Assembly: GCA_045661325.1 (NCBI GenBank)
Contig: JAZRFK010000066.1
Span: forward strand, 6,484 to 70,483
Source of the DNA: Eubacteriales bacterium
Lineage (GTDB): Bacteria > Bacillota > Clostridia > Oscillospirales > CAG-272
Reading direction: 5' to 3'
DNA: 64,000 nucleotides
The notes under the pieces are model-generated. The model searched no databases and was not told where the DNA came from. It worked only from the letters and a program-made list of their open reading frames with translations. Positions 20,085 to 29,881 of the stretch are shown one piece after another (position 1 is the stretch's first letter; the number at the start of each line of letters is the position of its first letter). A program made the translations under genes and the position numbers.

Positions 20085-20686
20085 CTCCCTCGGCGCTTTT
20101 TTACGGAAAAATCGCCCAAGAGGAGCTGACCCTCGACCCCCGTGAGCTGACCGCTCGCCTGCGGGCCAAGGGAGATGGGCAGGCGCTCCTGCCCCCTGAC
20201 TGTGAGGAAAAGCTGCGGGCCGCTTTGTCGGTTGGCTACGTGGGCCTAAAAACCGAAATTTCTCTTTTGCCCGATGGGCGTGTCGATATGGGCTTTGCTC
20301 TTTTGGAAAGCCGCGACCTTTGCCGTCATTTAGAGGGGTGCAAGGAGGCGCTGGTTTTGGCCGTGACCCTGGGCTTCGGGGTGGATAGGCTGCTTCTGCG
20401 CCTTGGCGCCGCCTCGACCTCTGCCCATTTCTTTGCCGATGCCTTGGCCTCTGCCTTAGCGGAGGCGGCCTTAAAGGCGGCCTTGGAGAGAACCAAGGGA
20501 GACGCTGCTTTAACGGCGGGCTTCAGCCCCGGCTACGGCGATTTGTCCTTGGAGGCGCAGATACCTGTTTTGAAGGCCCTTTCCGCCAAGGAGCGCTTGG
20601 GCATTTCTCTCTCGGGAGCCCTTTTGATGTCTCCCGCCAAATCCATCAGCGCCATTTACGGCTTACGAAACCAAAGGAAAGGATAA
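20081..20686 (+). CDS. Stand-alone methionine synthase activation (reactivation) domain protein
   Basis: 201 aa with 'FSPGYGDLSLEAQ' and 'LMSPAKSISAIYG', typical of the MetH activation domain. ATGA overlap with metF. Confidence 0.8.
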   Translation: MTPSALFYGKIAQEELTLDPRELTARLRAKGDGQALLPPDCEEKLRAALSVGYVGLKTEISLLPDGRVDMGFALLESRDLCRHLEGCKEALVLAVTLGFGVDRLLLRLGAASTSAHFFADALASALAEAALKAALERTKGDAALTAGFSPGYGDLSLEAQIPVLKALSAKERLGISLSGALLMSPAKSISAIYGLRNQRKG

Positions 20687-20690
20687 CGCT

Positions 20691-23060
20691 ATGAAGGACG
20701 TTTTGTCTCATATCAGAGAAAAGCGCACCTATTTTGACGGGGGCTTCGGCACGCTTTTACAGGGCGCGGGGCTTCCTGCGGGAGCGCCCCCTGAAATTTG
20801 GAATTTGACGAACCCCGAGGCCGTCATTGAAGCGCACCGCGCGTATCTGGCGGCGGGAAGTCATATCGTCACAACCAATACCTTTGGCATCAACCGCGAT
20901 AAATACGACAATTACGAGGAAATGATTGCCGCGGCCATCGTCTGCGCCAAGGAGGCCATCGGAGAGAGGAAGGACGCCTTCCTTGCCTTTGATATGGGCC
21001 CTACGGGCAGAATGACGGAGCCGCTTGGCGACCTCTCCTTTGAGGAGGCCGTGTCTCTGTACGCCGCCTCGGTGAAGGTGGCAGTCAAGGCGGGGGTGGA
21101 TTTGATTCTGATTGAAACCATGAACGACGCCTACGAAACCAAGGCGGCGGTTCTGGCCGCCAAGGAAAACTCCGACCTTCCCGTATTCGTCACAAACGCC
21201 TTTGATTCAAGCGGCAAGCTGTTAACGGGGGCGGATATTCCCGCTATGGTGGCTCTTTTGGAGGGCCTTGGTGTAGACGCGCTTGGCATCAACTGCTCCT
21301 TTGGGCCTGACGTGATGCTTTCCCACGTGGAAGCGCTCGCTCGGTATACCTCCTTGCCCATTATCGCCAATCCCAACGCAGGCCTGCCCAAGATCAAGGG
21401 GGGCAGAACGGTTTACGATATTTCCCCCGATGCCTTTGCCGCCTATATGGTGGCCTTGGTCGAGCGGGGCGCCACGGTGCTTGGCGGCTGCTGTGGCACC
21501 ACACCCTCGTATATTGAAAAAACGGTGGCGGCCACCAAGGGCCTCCCCTATACCTTACCCACCTACAAGGAGGACACCCTCGTTTCCTCCTATACCCACG
21601 CCGTTGTAGCCGATGGGCGCCCCATTCTCATTGGGGAGCGCATCAACCCCACGGGAAAGCCCCGCTTGAAAGAGGCTCTTCGGGGCGGTGACCTTGGCTA
21701 CGTGCTTTCCGAGGCCATTGGCCAGACGGAGAAGGGTGCAAAGATTCTGGACGTCAACGTGGGCCTGCCCGATATTGACGAGGCGGCGCTGATGCGTGCG
21801 CTCGTGAAGGAGCTGCAAGCCGTCACCGACGCGCCCTTACAGCTGGACTCCACCTCTCCTGCCGTTTTGGAGGGGGCTATGCGGGTCTACAACGGCAAGC
21901 CACTTATCAATTCCGTCAACGGCGAGGAGGCTCATATGCGGGCCATCTTCCCCCTGGTTCAAAAATACGGCGGCGCCGTTATCGCGCTGACGATGGACGA
22001 GAAGGGCATTCCCGCCTCTGCTGAGGCGCGGGTGGCAATCGCGGAGAAAATCGCCGCCGTTGCCGCGGAATACGGCATCGGCAAAAAGGATTTGGTGGTG
22101 GACCCTCTGTGCCTCACCGTGTCCTCTGATACGGGAGCGGCGCTTGCTACTCTACGGGCGGTGTCTCTTTTGAAGGAAAAGGGCTTCCGCGTCAGCCTGG
22201 GAGTTTCCAACGTATCCTTCGGGCTTCCCGCCCGTGAGAAGCTCAACGCCTGCTTCTTCGCCTCGGCCTTGGAGAAGGGGCTGGACTTTGCCATTATGAA
22301 TCCCTTTTCCGAGGGAATGATGGATACCTATTACGCCTTTTGCGCCTTGCACGGTATGGACGAGGCCTGCCTTTCCTATATTGCCTACGCCGCAGGCGGC
22401 GAGGAGAAAAAGGCAGAGAGCAAGGCGGAAAGCAAGACCGCCCTTTCCTGTCGGGAGGCGGTTATCCGTGGCTTGAAGGCGCAAGCGGTAGAGGCGGCTC
22501 TTGCCTTGGTGAAGAACGCCCCGCCCCTTTCCGTGATTGACGGAGAGATAATCCCCGCCTTGAACGAGGTAGGGAAGCGCTTTGAGGAAAAGACCCTGTA
22601 CCTGCCCCAGCTTTTGATGAGCGCCGAGGCGGCAAGCGCCGTCTTTGAGGCCTTGAAGGCCCATATGCCCAAGGAAAAGACCGAGGAGGGCTGCGGCGTC
22701 ATTCTCGCCACGGTGAAGGGCGATATACACGATATTGGTAAAAACATCGTCAAGGTGATACTGGAAAGCTATGGCTTTGCCGTTTATGATTTGGGCAAGG
22801 ACGTGGCCGCCGAGGCGGTTTTGGAGGCAACCTTGGCCACGGGCTATACCCTTGTGGGCCTTTCTGCCCTGATGACCACTACCCTCCCCGCCATGGAGCA
22901 GACCGTGGCGCTTTTGCGGGCAAGAGCCCCCGGCGTTGCGGTGATGGTAGGGGGCGCCGTTCTTACCGAGGAATACGCCAAGGGCATTGCGGCAGACGCC
23001 TACTGTGCCGACGCGATGGCGGCGGTGCGCTTTGCCAAGGCACATTATGAGAAAGAATAA
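20691..23060 (+). CDS. metH: Cobalamin-dependent methionine synthase core (Hcy-binding, pterin-binding and B12-binding domains)
   Basis: 789 aa. Hcy-S-methyltransferase N-terminus (GGCCGTTP), pterin module, B12 motif 'GDIHDIGKNIV' (DxHxxG). Confidence 0.9.
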   Translation: MKDVLSHIREKRTYFDGGFGTLLQGAGLPAGAPPEIWNLTNPEAVIEAHRAYLAAGSHIVTTNTFGINRDKYDNYEEMIAAAIVCAKEAIGERKDAFLAFDMGPTGRMTEPLGDLSFEEAVSLYAASVKVAVKAGVDLILIETMNDAYETKAAVLAAKENSDLPVFVTNAFDSSGKLLTGADIPAMVALLEGLGVDALGINCSFGPDVMLSHVEALARYTSLPIIANPNAGLPKIKGGRTVYDISPDAFAAYMVALVERGATVLGGCCGTTPSYIEKTVAATKGLPYTLPTYKEDTLVSSYTHAVVADGRPILIGERINPTGKPRLKEALRGGDLGYVLSEAIGQTEKGAKILDVNVGLPDIDEAALMRALVKELQAVTDAPLQLDSTSPAVLEGAMRVYNGKPLINSVNGEEAHMRAIFPLVQKYGGAVIALTMDEKGIPASAEARVAIAEKIAAVAAEYGIGKKDLVVDPLCLTVSSDTGAALATLRAVSLLKEKGFRVSLGVSNVSFGLPAREKLNACFFASALEKGLDFAIMNPFSEGMMDTYYAFCALHGMDEACLSYIAYAAGGEEKKAESKAESKTALSCREAVIRGLKAQAVEAALALVKNAPPLSVIDGEIIPALNEVGKRFEEKTLYLPQLLMSAEAASAVFEALKAHMPKEKTEEGCGVILATVKGDIHDIGKNIVKVILESYGFAVYDLGKDVAAEAVLEATLATGYTLVGLSALMTTTLPAMEQTVALLRARAPGVAVMVGGAVLTEEYAKGIAADAYCADAMAAVRFAKAHYEKE

Positions 23061-23073
23061 AAAAGAGGTAATT

Positions 23074-23928
23074 ATGTACCAGATTGTCAGAAAAAAGGAA
23101 TTGAATCCCACCGTGGTTCAAATGGAAATTGCCGCTCCCCTCGTTGCCAATAAGGCAAAGGCAGGGCAGTTTATCATTTTGCGCGTGGATGAGGAGGGGG
23201 AGAGAATTCCCTTAACGGTAGCAGGCGTTTCTGCTACGGACGGAACGGTTAAAATCATCTTCCAGCTGGTCGGCGCGACAACCGCGCTGCTCGGCGCGAA
23301 GAAAGAAGGGGAGTATATTGCTGACTTTGTCGGCCCTCTTGGCGTGCCGACCGAAACGGAGGGGATTTCCCGCGTTTGCGTGGTTGGCGGCGGCGTTGGC
23401 TGTGCCATTGCTCTTCCTATTGCCGAGGAGCTTCATCGCCTCGGCGCCGAGGTCACGAGCATCGTTGGCTTCCGCAACCGTGACCTTTTGATTTTGGAAG
23501 AGGAGTTTTCCGCCGTCTCGGACAGTCTGACGGTGATGACGGATGACGGCAGCTACGGTGAAAAGGGCAACGTCACGATGCCCTTGAAGGCACTTTTGGA
23601 AAAGGGCGAGAGGTTTGACCGCATTATCGCCATCGGGCCGCTGATTATGATGAAATTCGTGGTGGAAACGGCGCGCCCCTTTGGCGTTCCCGTCACCGTT
23701 TCGATGAACCCCATTATGATAGACGGAACGGGTATGTGCGGCGGCTGCCGCCTGACCCTTTGCCAAAACGGCAAGAAAATCACCAAATTCGCCTGTGTGG
23801 ACGGCCCCGATTTTGACGGCTACGAGGTGGATTTTGACGATGCGATGTCCAGAAGCGCGATGTACCGCTCCTTTGAGCGCCACGCCTATGAGGACACCTG
23901 CCATTTATTGAAGAAGGGAGACGCGTGA
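23074..23928 (+). CDS. nfnA: NfnA-like FAD/NAD(P)-binding subunit (ferredoxin-NADP reductase small subunit)
   Basis: MYQIVRKKELNPTVVQMEI start. C-terminal 'MCGGCRL...CVDGP' 2Fe-2S motif; 284 aa. ATG 23074 follows AAAGAGG. Confidence 0.78.
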   Translation: MYQIVRKKELNPTVVQMEIAAPLVANKAKAGQFIILRVDEEGERIPLTVAGVSATDGTVKIIFQLVGATTALLGAKKEGEYIADFVGPLGVPTETEGISRVCVVGGGVGCAIALPIAEELHRLGAEVTSIVGFRNRDLLILEEEFSAVSDSLTVMTDDGSYGEKGNVTMPLKALLEKGERFDRIIAIGPLIMMKFVVETARPFGVPVTVSMNPIMIDGTGMCGGCRLTLCQNGKKITKFACVDGPDFDGYEVDFDDAMSRSAMYRSFERHAYEDTCHLLKKGDA

Positions 23929-23929
23929 T

Positions 23930-25351
23930 ATGGCCATTATTCCAAAAAAGCACGAAATGCCCACCCAAGATCCGCTTCTTCGCGCCCATAATTTTGACGA
24001 GGTTGCCTTGGGTTACACCGAAAAGGCGGCTATTGCCGAGGCCTCGCGCTGCTTGAACTGCAAAAATGCGCCCTGCGTGTCGGGGTGTCCTGTCAACGTA
24101 CAGATTCCGCAGTTTCTTTCTGCGGTCAAGGAAGGGAATTTTGAAGAGGCGTATCGTGTGATAAGCCTTTCCTCCTCTCTGCCTGCCGTTTGCGGCCGCG
24201 TTTGCCCCCAGGAAACCCAGTGCGAGTCCAAATGCACCCTGGGTATCAAGTTTGAGCCCGTTGCCATCGGCCGCGTGGAGCGGTATGTAGCCGACAGGCA
24301 CAACGAAATGAATACGGAAGCCCAAGAGAAGCCTGCATCCAACGGTCATAGAGTTGCCGTGGTCGGCTCCGGCCCTGCCGGTCTTACCTGTGCAGGTGAT
24401 TTGGCACGGCTTGGCTATGAGGTCACCGTTTATGAGGCCTTACATACCGCAGGCGGTGTGCTGGTTTACGGCATTCCCGAATTTCGCTTGCCCAAGGCCA
24501 TCGTGGCCAAGGAGGTGGCGGGATTGCGAGCGCTCGGCGTTTCGGTCGAGACCAACGTTGTTATCGGCAAGACTCTTCTGATTGACGAGCTGTTTGATAT
24601 GGGCTTTGAGGCAGTCTTTATCGATTCGGGCGCAGGGCGACCCAACTTTATGTATATTCCCGGCGTGTCCTACAAGCGCGTGTACACTCCAAACAAGTTT
24701 TTAACCCGAAGCAATCTGATGAAGGCCTATCGCGAAAATGCCGCAACCCCCATTATGAAGGGCGGCAGGGTTGCCGTTGTTGGCGGCGGAAACGTGGCGA
24801 TGGACGCCGCAAGAACCGCTTTGCGCTTGGGCGCCGAGAAGGTGTATATTGTCTACCGTCGCTCTATGGATGAGCTTCCTGCCAGACGCGAGGAGGTTGA
24901 GCACGCAGAGGAAGAGGGAATCGAATTCCGTCTGCTTTGCAACCCCGTTGAAATTCTCGGCTATCACAACCCTGAAAATCCGCGCGATGAGAGAAACGGC
25001 TTCGTGACGGGTATGAAATGCGTCAAAATGGCGCTTGGCGAGCCCGATGAAAAGGGTCGCCGTCGCCCCGTGGTGATTGAGGGCAGCGAGTTTCTCTTGG
25101 AGGTTGATACGGTGATTATGGCCATCGGCACCTCGCCCAACCCCCTTATCAAGAACACAACCGCAGGCTTGGAAACAAAGAGCTGGGGCGGTATTGTGGT
25201 GGAAGAGGAAACGGGCTTAACCACCCGTCCTGCCGTTTTCGCGGGAGGAGACGCCGTGACGGGCGCCGCCACCGTTATCTCGGCTATGGGCGCGGGCAAG
25301 GTGGCCGCCAAGTCCATCGATGCGCTTTTAAGCAAGACCCCCGAAAATTAA
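23930..25351 (+). CDS. nfnB: NfnB / GltD-like NADPH-dependent oxidoreductase subunit
   Basis: 'CLNCKNAPCVSGCP' and 'CGRVCPQETQCESKC' Fe-S motifs, 'VVGSGPAGL' and 'VVGGGNVAMD' dinucleotide folds; 473 aa. Confidence 0.8.
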   Translation: MAIIPKKHEMPTQDPLLRAHNFDEVALGYTEKAAIAEASRCLNCKNAPCVSGCPVNVQIPQFLSAVKEGNFEEAYRVISLSSSLPAVCGRVCPQETQCESKCTLGIKFEPVAIGRVERYVADRHNEMNTEAQEKPASNGHRVAVVGSGPAGLTCAGDLARLGYEVTVYEALHTAGGVLVYGIPEFRLPKAIVAKEVAGLRALGVSVETNVVIGKTLLIDELFDMGFEAVFIDSGAGRPNFMYIPGVSYKRVYTPNKFLTRSNLMKAYRENAATPIMKGGRVAVVGGGNVAMDAARTALRLGAEKVYIVYRRSMDELPARREEVEHAEEEGIEFRLLCNPVEILGYHNPENPRDERNGFVTGMKCVKMALGEPDEKGRRRPVVIEGSEFLLEVDTVIMAIGTSPNPLIKNTTAGLETKSWGGIVVEEETGLTTRPAVFAGGDAVTGAATVISAMGAGKVAAKSIDALLSKTPEN

Positions 25352-25357
25352 AAAAAC

Positions 25358-25420
25358 AAAGGGCTTTTTAAGACGGCGGCGCAGAAATGTGCGCTTTGTC
25401 AAAAAAGCCCTTTTGAATTT
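25358..25420 (+). terminator. Long stem-loop terminator after nfnB
   Basis: AAAGGGCTTTTT...AAAAAGCCCTTT outer stem with an inner GCGCA/TGCGC pairing, followed by a T-rich tract. Confidence 0.55.
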
Positions 25421-25472
25421 GTGCAAAATGCCAAGAACAAGCAAAAAATCTTTGTTTTTTTCTGTTTTTGGG

Positions 25473-25501
25473 TTGACTTTTTGGGTTTCCTATGCTACAC
25501 T
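25473..25501 (+). promoter_or_regulatory. Sigma-A promoter TTGACT-17-TGcTACACT
   Basis: TTGACT at 25473-25478 and TACACT at 25496-25501, with an extended -10 TG. Confidence 0.5.
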
Positions 25502-25570
25502 CGCCGTGAGGGGAAAAACCCTCTGTCATAACAAATATTTGCGGTTTTTTGTTTGCAAAGGAGAAGAGCT

Positions 25571-27529
25571 ATGAGCAAGCAGGCAGAAGCACAAGCAACG
25601 GCAAAGGCAACGAAGGCAGAAGAAAAAGCAAAGAGCAAACGGCCGAAAAAGGAGAAAATTCACTTTTGGTCGCTTCTTTGGCGCTATGTAAAGCCCGAAA
25701 AGAAGAGGCTCTTGGTAGCGGTTATTTTTTCCTTTTTGACGGGCGTTTTTGTTGCCATTCAGCCTCTCGTTGTCAAGTACATCATTGACACGGGCGTGGG
25801 CGGTGAGTCCATTGCCTTTTTCGGCAAGGTGTTTTACGCGGGTCCGCAAGGCGATAGAGAAAAAATAATCTTTGTCGTTTGCGCCTGCTGTGCGTACGTT
25901 TTCATTTGCCTGATGCGGCTCCTTTTTTGGACGATTGGGTACACCAGCGCCCAAAAGGCCTTAGCCTCAACGCTGTTTAATCTGCGTTCGCAGTTCTTTG
26001 GCCACGTGCAGCATCTTTGTATGCACTTTCACGATAGAAATTCCTCGGGTGAGCTGTATAACTACATTATGGGCTCTCCGATGAACAACATAAAGACCTT
26101 CTTGGCCTCCATGACCCAGACCTTTCCCTTCCAAGCGGTCTCGCTCTTTATTTCGCTTATCGCCCTGACCTCTTATAGCATCAAGCTAACGGGATTGATT
26201 CTGGTTATCAGCGTTATTATGGCCCTCTTCTATCGCTTCTCGCGCCAGAAGATGCGTAAGGCGTCTAAGGAATATCTTTCCTCGGAGAACCGCGCCTCCC
26301 AGTATATCGCAGACGTTTTGCACGGCTCGGAGGCCGTCAAGATGTACGCCATTGAGGAGGACACCATTCAGCAGTTCAACGAAAAGGTGGACGACTTGAA
26401 GGAAACCAGCCTGCGCTACACGATGCGAAACTACATTGAGGCGGTTAAGCCCGAGTATACCCATTATTTCGGTATTGCGGTGGTTTACCTTGTGGGATCC
26501 ATTCTTTGCATTCGCGGTGAAATCACCATCGGTGTGTTTTACGCCTTCTTATCCAGCATGGGTACCATTTTGTCCACCCTCAGCTCCTGGCTTAACGTGG
26601 CTATGACGCAGCCTATGGCGGCGGAGGCGTTGGAGCGGGTTAACCGCATCATTGACGAAAACAGTACCACCCCCGAGGTTCGTGAGGAGGCGCGCCGCTC
26701 GCTTGCCATTGAGCGCGCACACGCGCAGAATGAAAACGAGCCCTGTATCGCCTTTAACGACATCACCTTCGGGTATGACGAAAAGCCCGTTTTCCAGAAC
26801 TTCTCCTGTAAAATCGGTTATTGCGAGAGTATTGGTCTTGTGGGAAGCTCGGGCTCGGGAAAATCCACCTTTACCAAGCTTGTTATGCGCCTTTATGACG
26901 TGCAGAAGGGAAGCGTTACCCTGCACGGCAGAAACGTCAAGGATTACGCCACGCATGAGCTGCGCGCCTCCTTTGGCGTTGTGCCGCAGAATCCCTTTAT
27001 CTTTGCGGGCACTATCTGGGATAATATCCGCATCGCCGCGCCCGAGGCCAGCAATTATGAAATCATCAGAGCCATGGAGCTTGCCCGTGTGCACGAGTTC
27101 GTGAACGAGCTGCCGATGGGCTGGGCCACCGTTATCGGTGACGGAGCTTTGGCGCTGTCGGGCGGTCAGAAGCAGAGAATTGCCATTGCGCGCGCCATTT
27201 TGAAGAAGCCCGACATCTTTATCTTCGACGAGGCAACCTCCGCGCTTGACAATATTTCCGAGCGCCTGATTCAGCAGGCAATGGAGGAGCTGATGCAGAC
27301 GCACACGGTGATTTTCGTGGCGCACAGACTTTCCACTATTCGCAACGTCAATCGTATTATGGTGTTTGACCGCGGTGCCGTTATCCAAGAGGGTACCTAC
27401 GATGAGCTGGCCGCACAGAGTGGCGAATTCCGCCGTCTGCTTGACGCGGCAGAGGCCAAGGACGATTACCTGCGCGCCGACAAGAGAACCGTTGATGAGC
27501 GGCTTGGCAAAAAGCCCAAAAAGCAATAA
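25571..27529 (+). CDS. ABC exporter, fused permease/ATPase half-transporter
   Basis: Six TM helices plus an NBD: Walker A GSSGSGKST, signature LSGGQKQR, Walker B IFIFDEATS. ATG 25571 follows AAGGAGAAG. Lys/Ala-rich N-terminal tail. Confidence 0.88.
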   Translation: MSKQAEAQATAKATKAEEKAKSKRPKKEKIHFWSLLWRYVKPEKKRLLVAVIFSFLTGVFVAIQPLVVKYIIDTGVGGESIAFFGKVFYAGPQGDREKIIFVVCACCAYVFICLMRLLFWTIGYTSAQKALASTLFNLRSQFFGHVQHLCMHFHDRNSSGELYNYIMGSPMNNIKTFLASMTQTFPFQAVSLFISLIALTSYSIKLTGLILVISVIMALFYRFSRQKMRKASKEYLSSENRASQYIADVLHGSEAVKMYAIEEDTIQQFNEKVDDLKETSLRYTMRNYIEAVKPEYTHYFGIAVVYLVGSILCIRGEITIGVFYAFLSSMGTILSTLSSWLNVAMTQPMAAEALERVNRIIDENSTTPEVREEARRSLAIERAHAQNENEPCIAFNDITFGYDEKPVFQNFSCKIGYCESIGLVGSSGSGKSTFTKLVMRLYDVQKGSVTLHGRNVKDYATHELRASFGVVPQNPFIFAGTIWDNIRIAAPEASNYEIIRAMELARVHEFVNELPMGWATVIGDGALALSGGQKQRIAIARAILKKPDIFIFDEATSALDNISERLIQQAMEELMQTHTVIFVAHRLSTIRNVNRIMVFDRGAVIQEGTYDELAAQSGEFRRLLDAAEAKDDYLRADKRTVDERLGKKPKKQ

Positions 27530-27552
27530 ATCCACTCGAAAAAGAGAAAACA

Positions 27553-28218
27553 ATGAAAAAAACGAAAATCTGCATCTTTGATTTGGACGGAACGCTGCTG
27601 AATACCCTTCCTGCCATTGCCTATTTTGGCAATACCGCCCTTGCCCACTTTGGTCTTGCAACCTATCCTACGGACAACTATCGGTATTATGCGGGGCGGG
27701 GCGCCAAAAACCTGGTAACGAATATGCTGACGGCGCAGGGGGCCTATACCGAGCCTCTTTTTGAGGAGGTATATACCTACTACAACGCGATATACAACGC
27801 CAATCCCACCAAGGATACCGCCCCCTATCCCGAAATCCCCGATCTGCTTCGGGCTCTGCGTGAAAAGGACGTTGCCTTAGCCGTTTTTTCCAACAAGCCG
27901 CATTACGCCGTTTGCGAAACGGTGAAGGGCTTTTTTCCCGATATTTCTTTTGCCACTGTCCAAGGGCAAACGGAGGACCTGCCCTTAAAGCCCTCCCCGG
28001 AGGGAATTTTCCGTATTTTGTCCGCCGTGGGCGCGGAAAAGGATGAGTGCTTGTATATCGGTGACAGCGACGTGGATATGTATACCGGTACAGCGGCCGA
28101 CGTCTTTTCCATTGGCGCCGCTTGGGGCTTCCGCGGAGAGAAGGAATTGATGGCGGCGGGCGCCTCTGCCGTTGCCCAAAGCCCGATAGAAATTTTGCGA
28201 TATCTGTGTGAAGAGTAA
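27553..28218 (+). CDS. HAD-family phosphatase (phosphoglycolate phosphatase-like)
   Basis: Motif I 'FDLDGTLLNT', 'SNKP', 'GDSDVD'; 221 aa. Confidence 0.8.
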   Translation: MKKTKICIFDLDGTLLNTLPAIAYFGNTALAHFGLATYPTDNYRYYAGRGAKNLVTNMLTAQGAYTEPLFEEVYTYYNAIYNANPTKDTAPYPEIPDLLRALREKDVALAVFSNKPHYAVCETVKGFFPDISFATVQGQTEDLPLKPSPEGIFRILSAVGAEKDECLYIGDSDVDMYTGTAADVFSIGAAWGFRGEKELMAAGASAVAQSPIEILRYLCEE

Positions 28219-28293
28219 GGGAATTTTTCATAAAATTTACAGAAATTGCTTTACAAATGGATTGTCTTGATATACAATAGAATAGTAAACGAG

Positions 28294-28324
28294 GAGAACC
28301 GCTTGTTTGCGGTTCTCTTTTTTT
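28294..28324 (+). terminator. Intrinsic terminator (or leader attenuator) between the HAD gene and galT
   Basis: GAGAACCGC-ttgttt-GCGGTTCTC followed by TTTTTTT. Confidence 0.7.
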
Positions 28325-28360
28325 AGAAATGAGAAAACAGAAAGAGGAAAACGGAAAAGA

Positions 28361-29857
28361 ATGACAGAAGTGTGCGCCCATATTGCCGCCTTGGCGGATT
28401 ACGGAATCAGAGAGGGTCTTTGTGCCGAGGAGGACAGAGCATACGTTATCAATGCGATTTTATCTATTTTGAAGCTTGACGCCTATGAGGAGCCAGCAGA
28501 AAAGAAAACGCTTCCCTTGGAGGAGTTGCTTTCTGCCCTTTGTGACGAGGCCTTTGCGCGCGGCGTGATAGAGGCAAACTCTGTTGTCTACCGTGATTTG
28601 TTCGATACCGCCTTAATGGGCGCGCTCATGCCGCGTCCTTCTGAGGTTTCCCGCCGCTTCTTCGCGCTTTTGGCCGAAAGCCCCGAGGCTGCCACGGATT
28701 ATTTTTACGATCTTTGCCGCAAGAGCGATTACATACGCACCTATCGCGTTGCACGGGATATGAAATGGACGTATGACTCGCCCTATGGCGAGCTTGACAT
28801 CACCATTAACCTTTCCAAGCCCGAAAAGGACGTTAAGGCCATCGCCGCGGCCAAGAAGCTGGCGCAAAGCGGCTATCCCAAATGCTTGCTCTGCCACGAG
28901 AACGTCGGCTATGCGGGAAGCCTGCGCTCGCCCGCCCGTCAGAATCTGCGCCAGATTTCGCTTTCCTTGGCAGAGGAAGCCTGGTATATGCAATATTCTC
29001 CATACGTATACTACAATGAGCACTGCATCGTGCTTGCCGGCGCGCATACGCCCATGCGTATTTCTGAGGAAACCTTCCGTCGCGCCTTGGATTTCGTCAC
29101 CCTCTTGCCCCATTATTTCGTTGGCTCGAACGCTGACCTTCCCATCGTGGGCGGTTCGATTCTGACGCATGATCATATGCAGGGCGGCCGTTACACCTTT
29201 GCCATGGAAAAGGCGCCCATCGAAAAGCGCGTTTCCTTTTCGGGCTTTGAGGACGTAGAGGCAGGCATCGTCAAATGGCCGATGTCCGTTATCCGCATTT
29301 CCTCGCTTGACAAGGAGCGTCTGGTTGCGTTGGCAAGCAAGATTTTGGCGGCCTGGCGCGGCTATACGGATGAAGCCGCCTTCGTCTTTGCCGAAACGGA
29401 CGGAGAACCGCACAACACCATCACCCCCATCGCGCGCAGACGCGGTGAGTATTACGAGCTTGACCTTGTGCTTCGCAACAACATCACAACAAAGGAGCAT
29501 CCTATCGGTCTTTACCATCCGCACGAGGAGCTGCACCATATTAAAAAGGAAAACATCGGTCTTATCGAGGTAATGGGCCTTGCCGTTCTTCCTGCGCGCT
29601 TGAAAACGGAAATGCAGGCAGTGGCAGAAGCCTTGCTTTCGGGCAAGGACTTGTATGCAAGTGAGGCAACAGCCGCGCACGCGCCCTTTGCGCTGGACAT
29701 TCAGTCGCGCTATACGCTGACCGAGGAAAACGTTGACGAAATTCTTAAAAAGGAAATCGGCGCGGTCTTTACCCGTGTGTTAGAGGACGCGGGCGTTTAC
29801 AAATGCACCAAGGAGGGCAGAGAAGCGATGCTTCGCTTTATCGCCTCCGTAAAATAA
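28361..29857 (+). CDS. galT: UDP-glucose--hexose-1-phosphate uridylyltransferase (type 2 GalT)
   Basis: 498 aa, 'ILTHDHMQGG' (HxHxQ), typical long Firmicute GalT. ATG 28361; the track start at 28307 lies inside the terminator hairpin. Confidence 0.88.
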   Translation: MTEVCAHIAALADYGIREGLCAEEDRAYVINAILSILKLDAYEEPAEKKTLPLEELLSALCDEAFARGVIEANSVVYRDLFDTALMGALMPRPSEVSRRFFALLAESPEAATDYFYDLCRKSDYIRTYRVARDMKWTYDSPYGELDITINLSKPEKDVKAIAAAKKLAQSGYPKCLLCHENVGYAGSLRSPARQNLRQISLSLAEEAWYMQYSPYVYYNEHCIVLAGAHTPMRISEETFRRALDFVTLLPHYFVGSNADLPIVGGSILTHDHMQGGRYTFAMEKAPIEKRVSFSGFEDVEAGIVKWPMSVIRISSLDKERLVALASKILAAWRGYTDEAAFVFAETDGEPHNTITPIARRRGEYYELDLVLRNNITTKEHPIGLYHPHEELHHIKKENIGLIEVMGLAVLPARLKTEMQAVAEALLSGKDLYASEATAAHAPFALDIQSRYTLTEENVDEILKKEIGAVFTRVLEDAGVYKCTKEGREAMLRFIASVK

Positions 29858-29881
29858 GTATGTAAGGAAAGGGGAAAGCGT

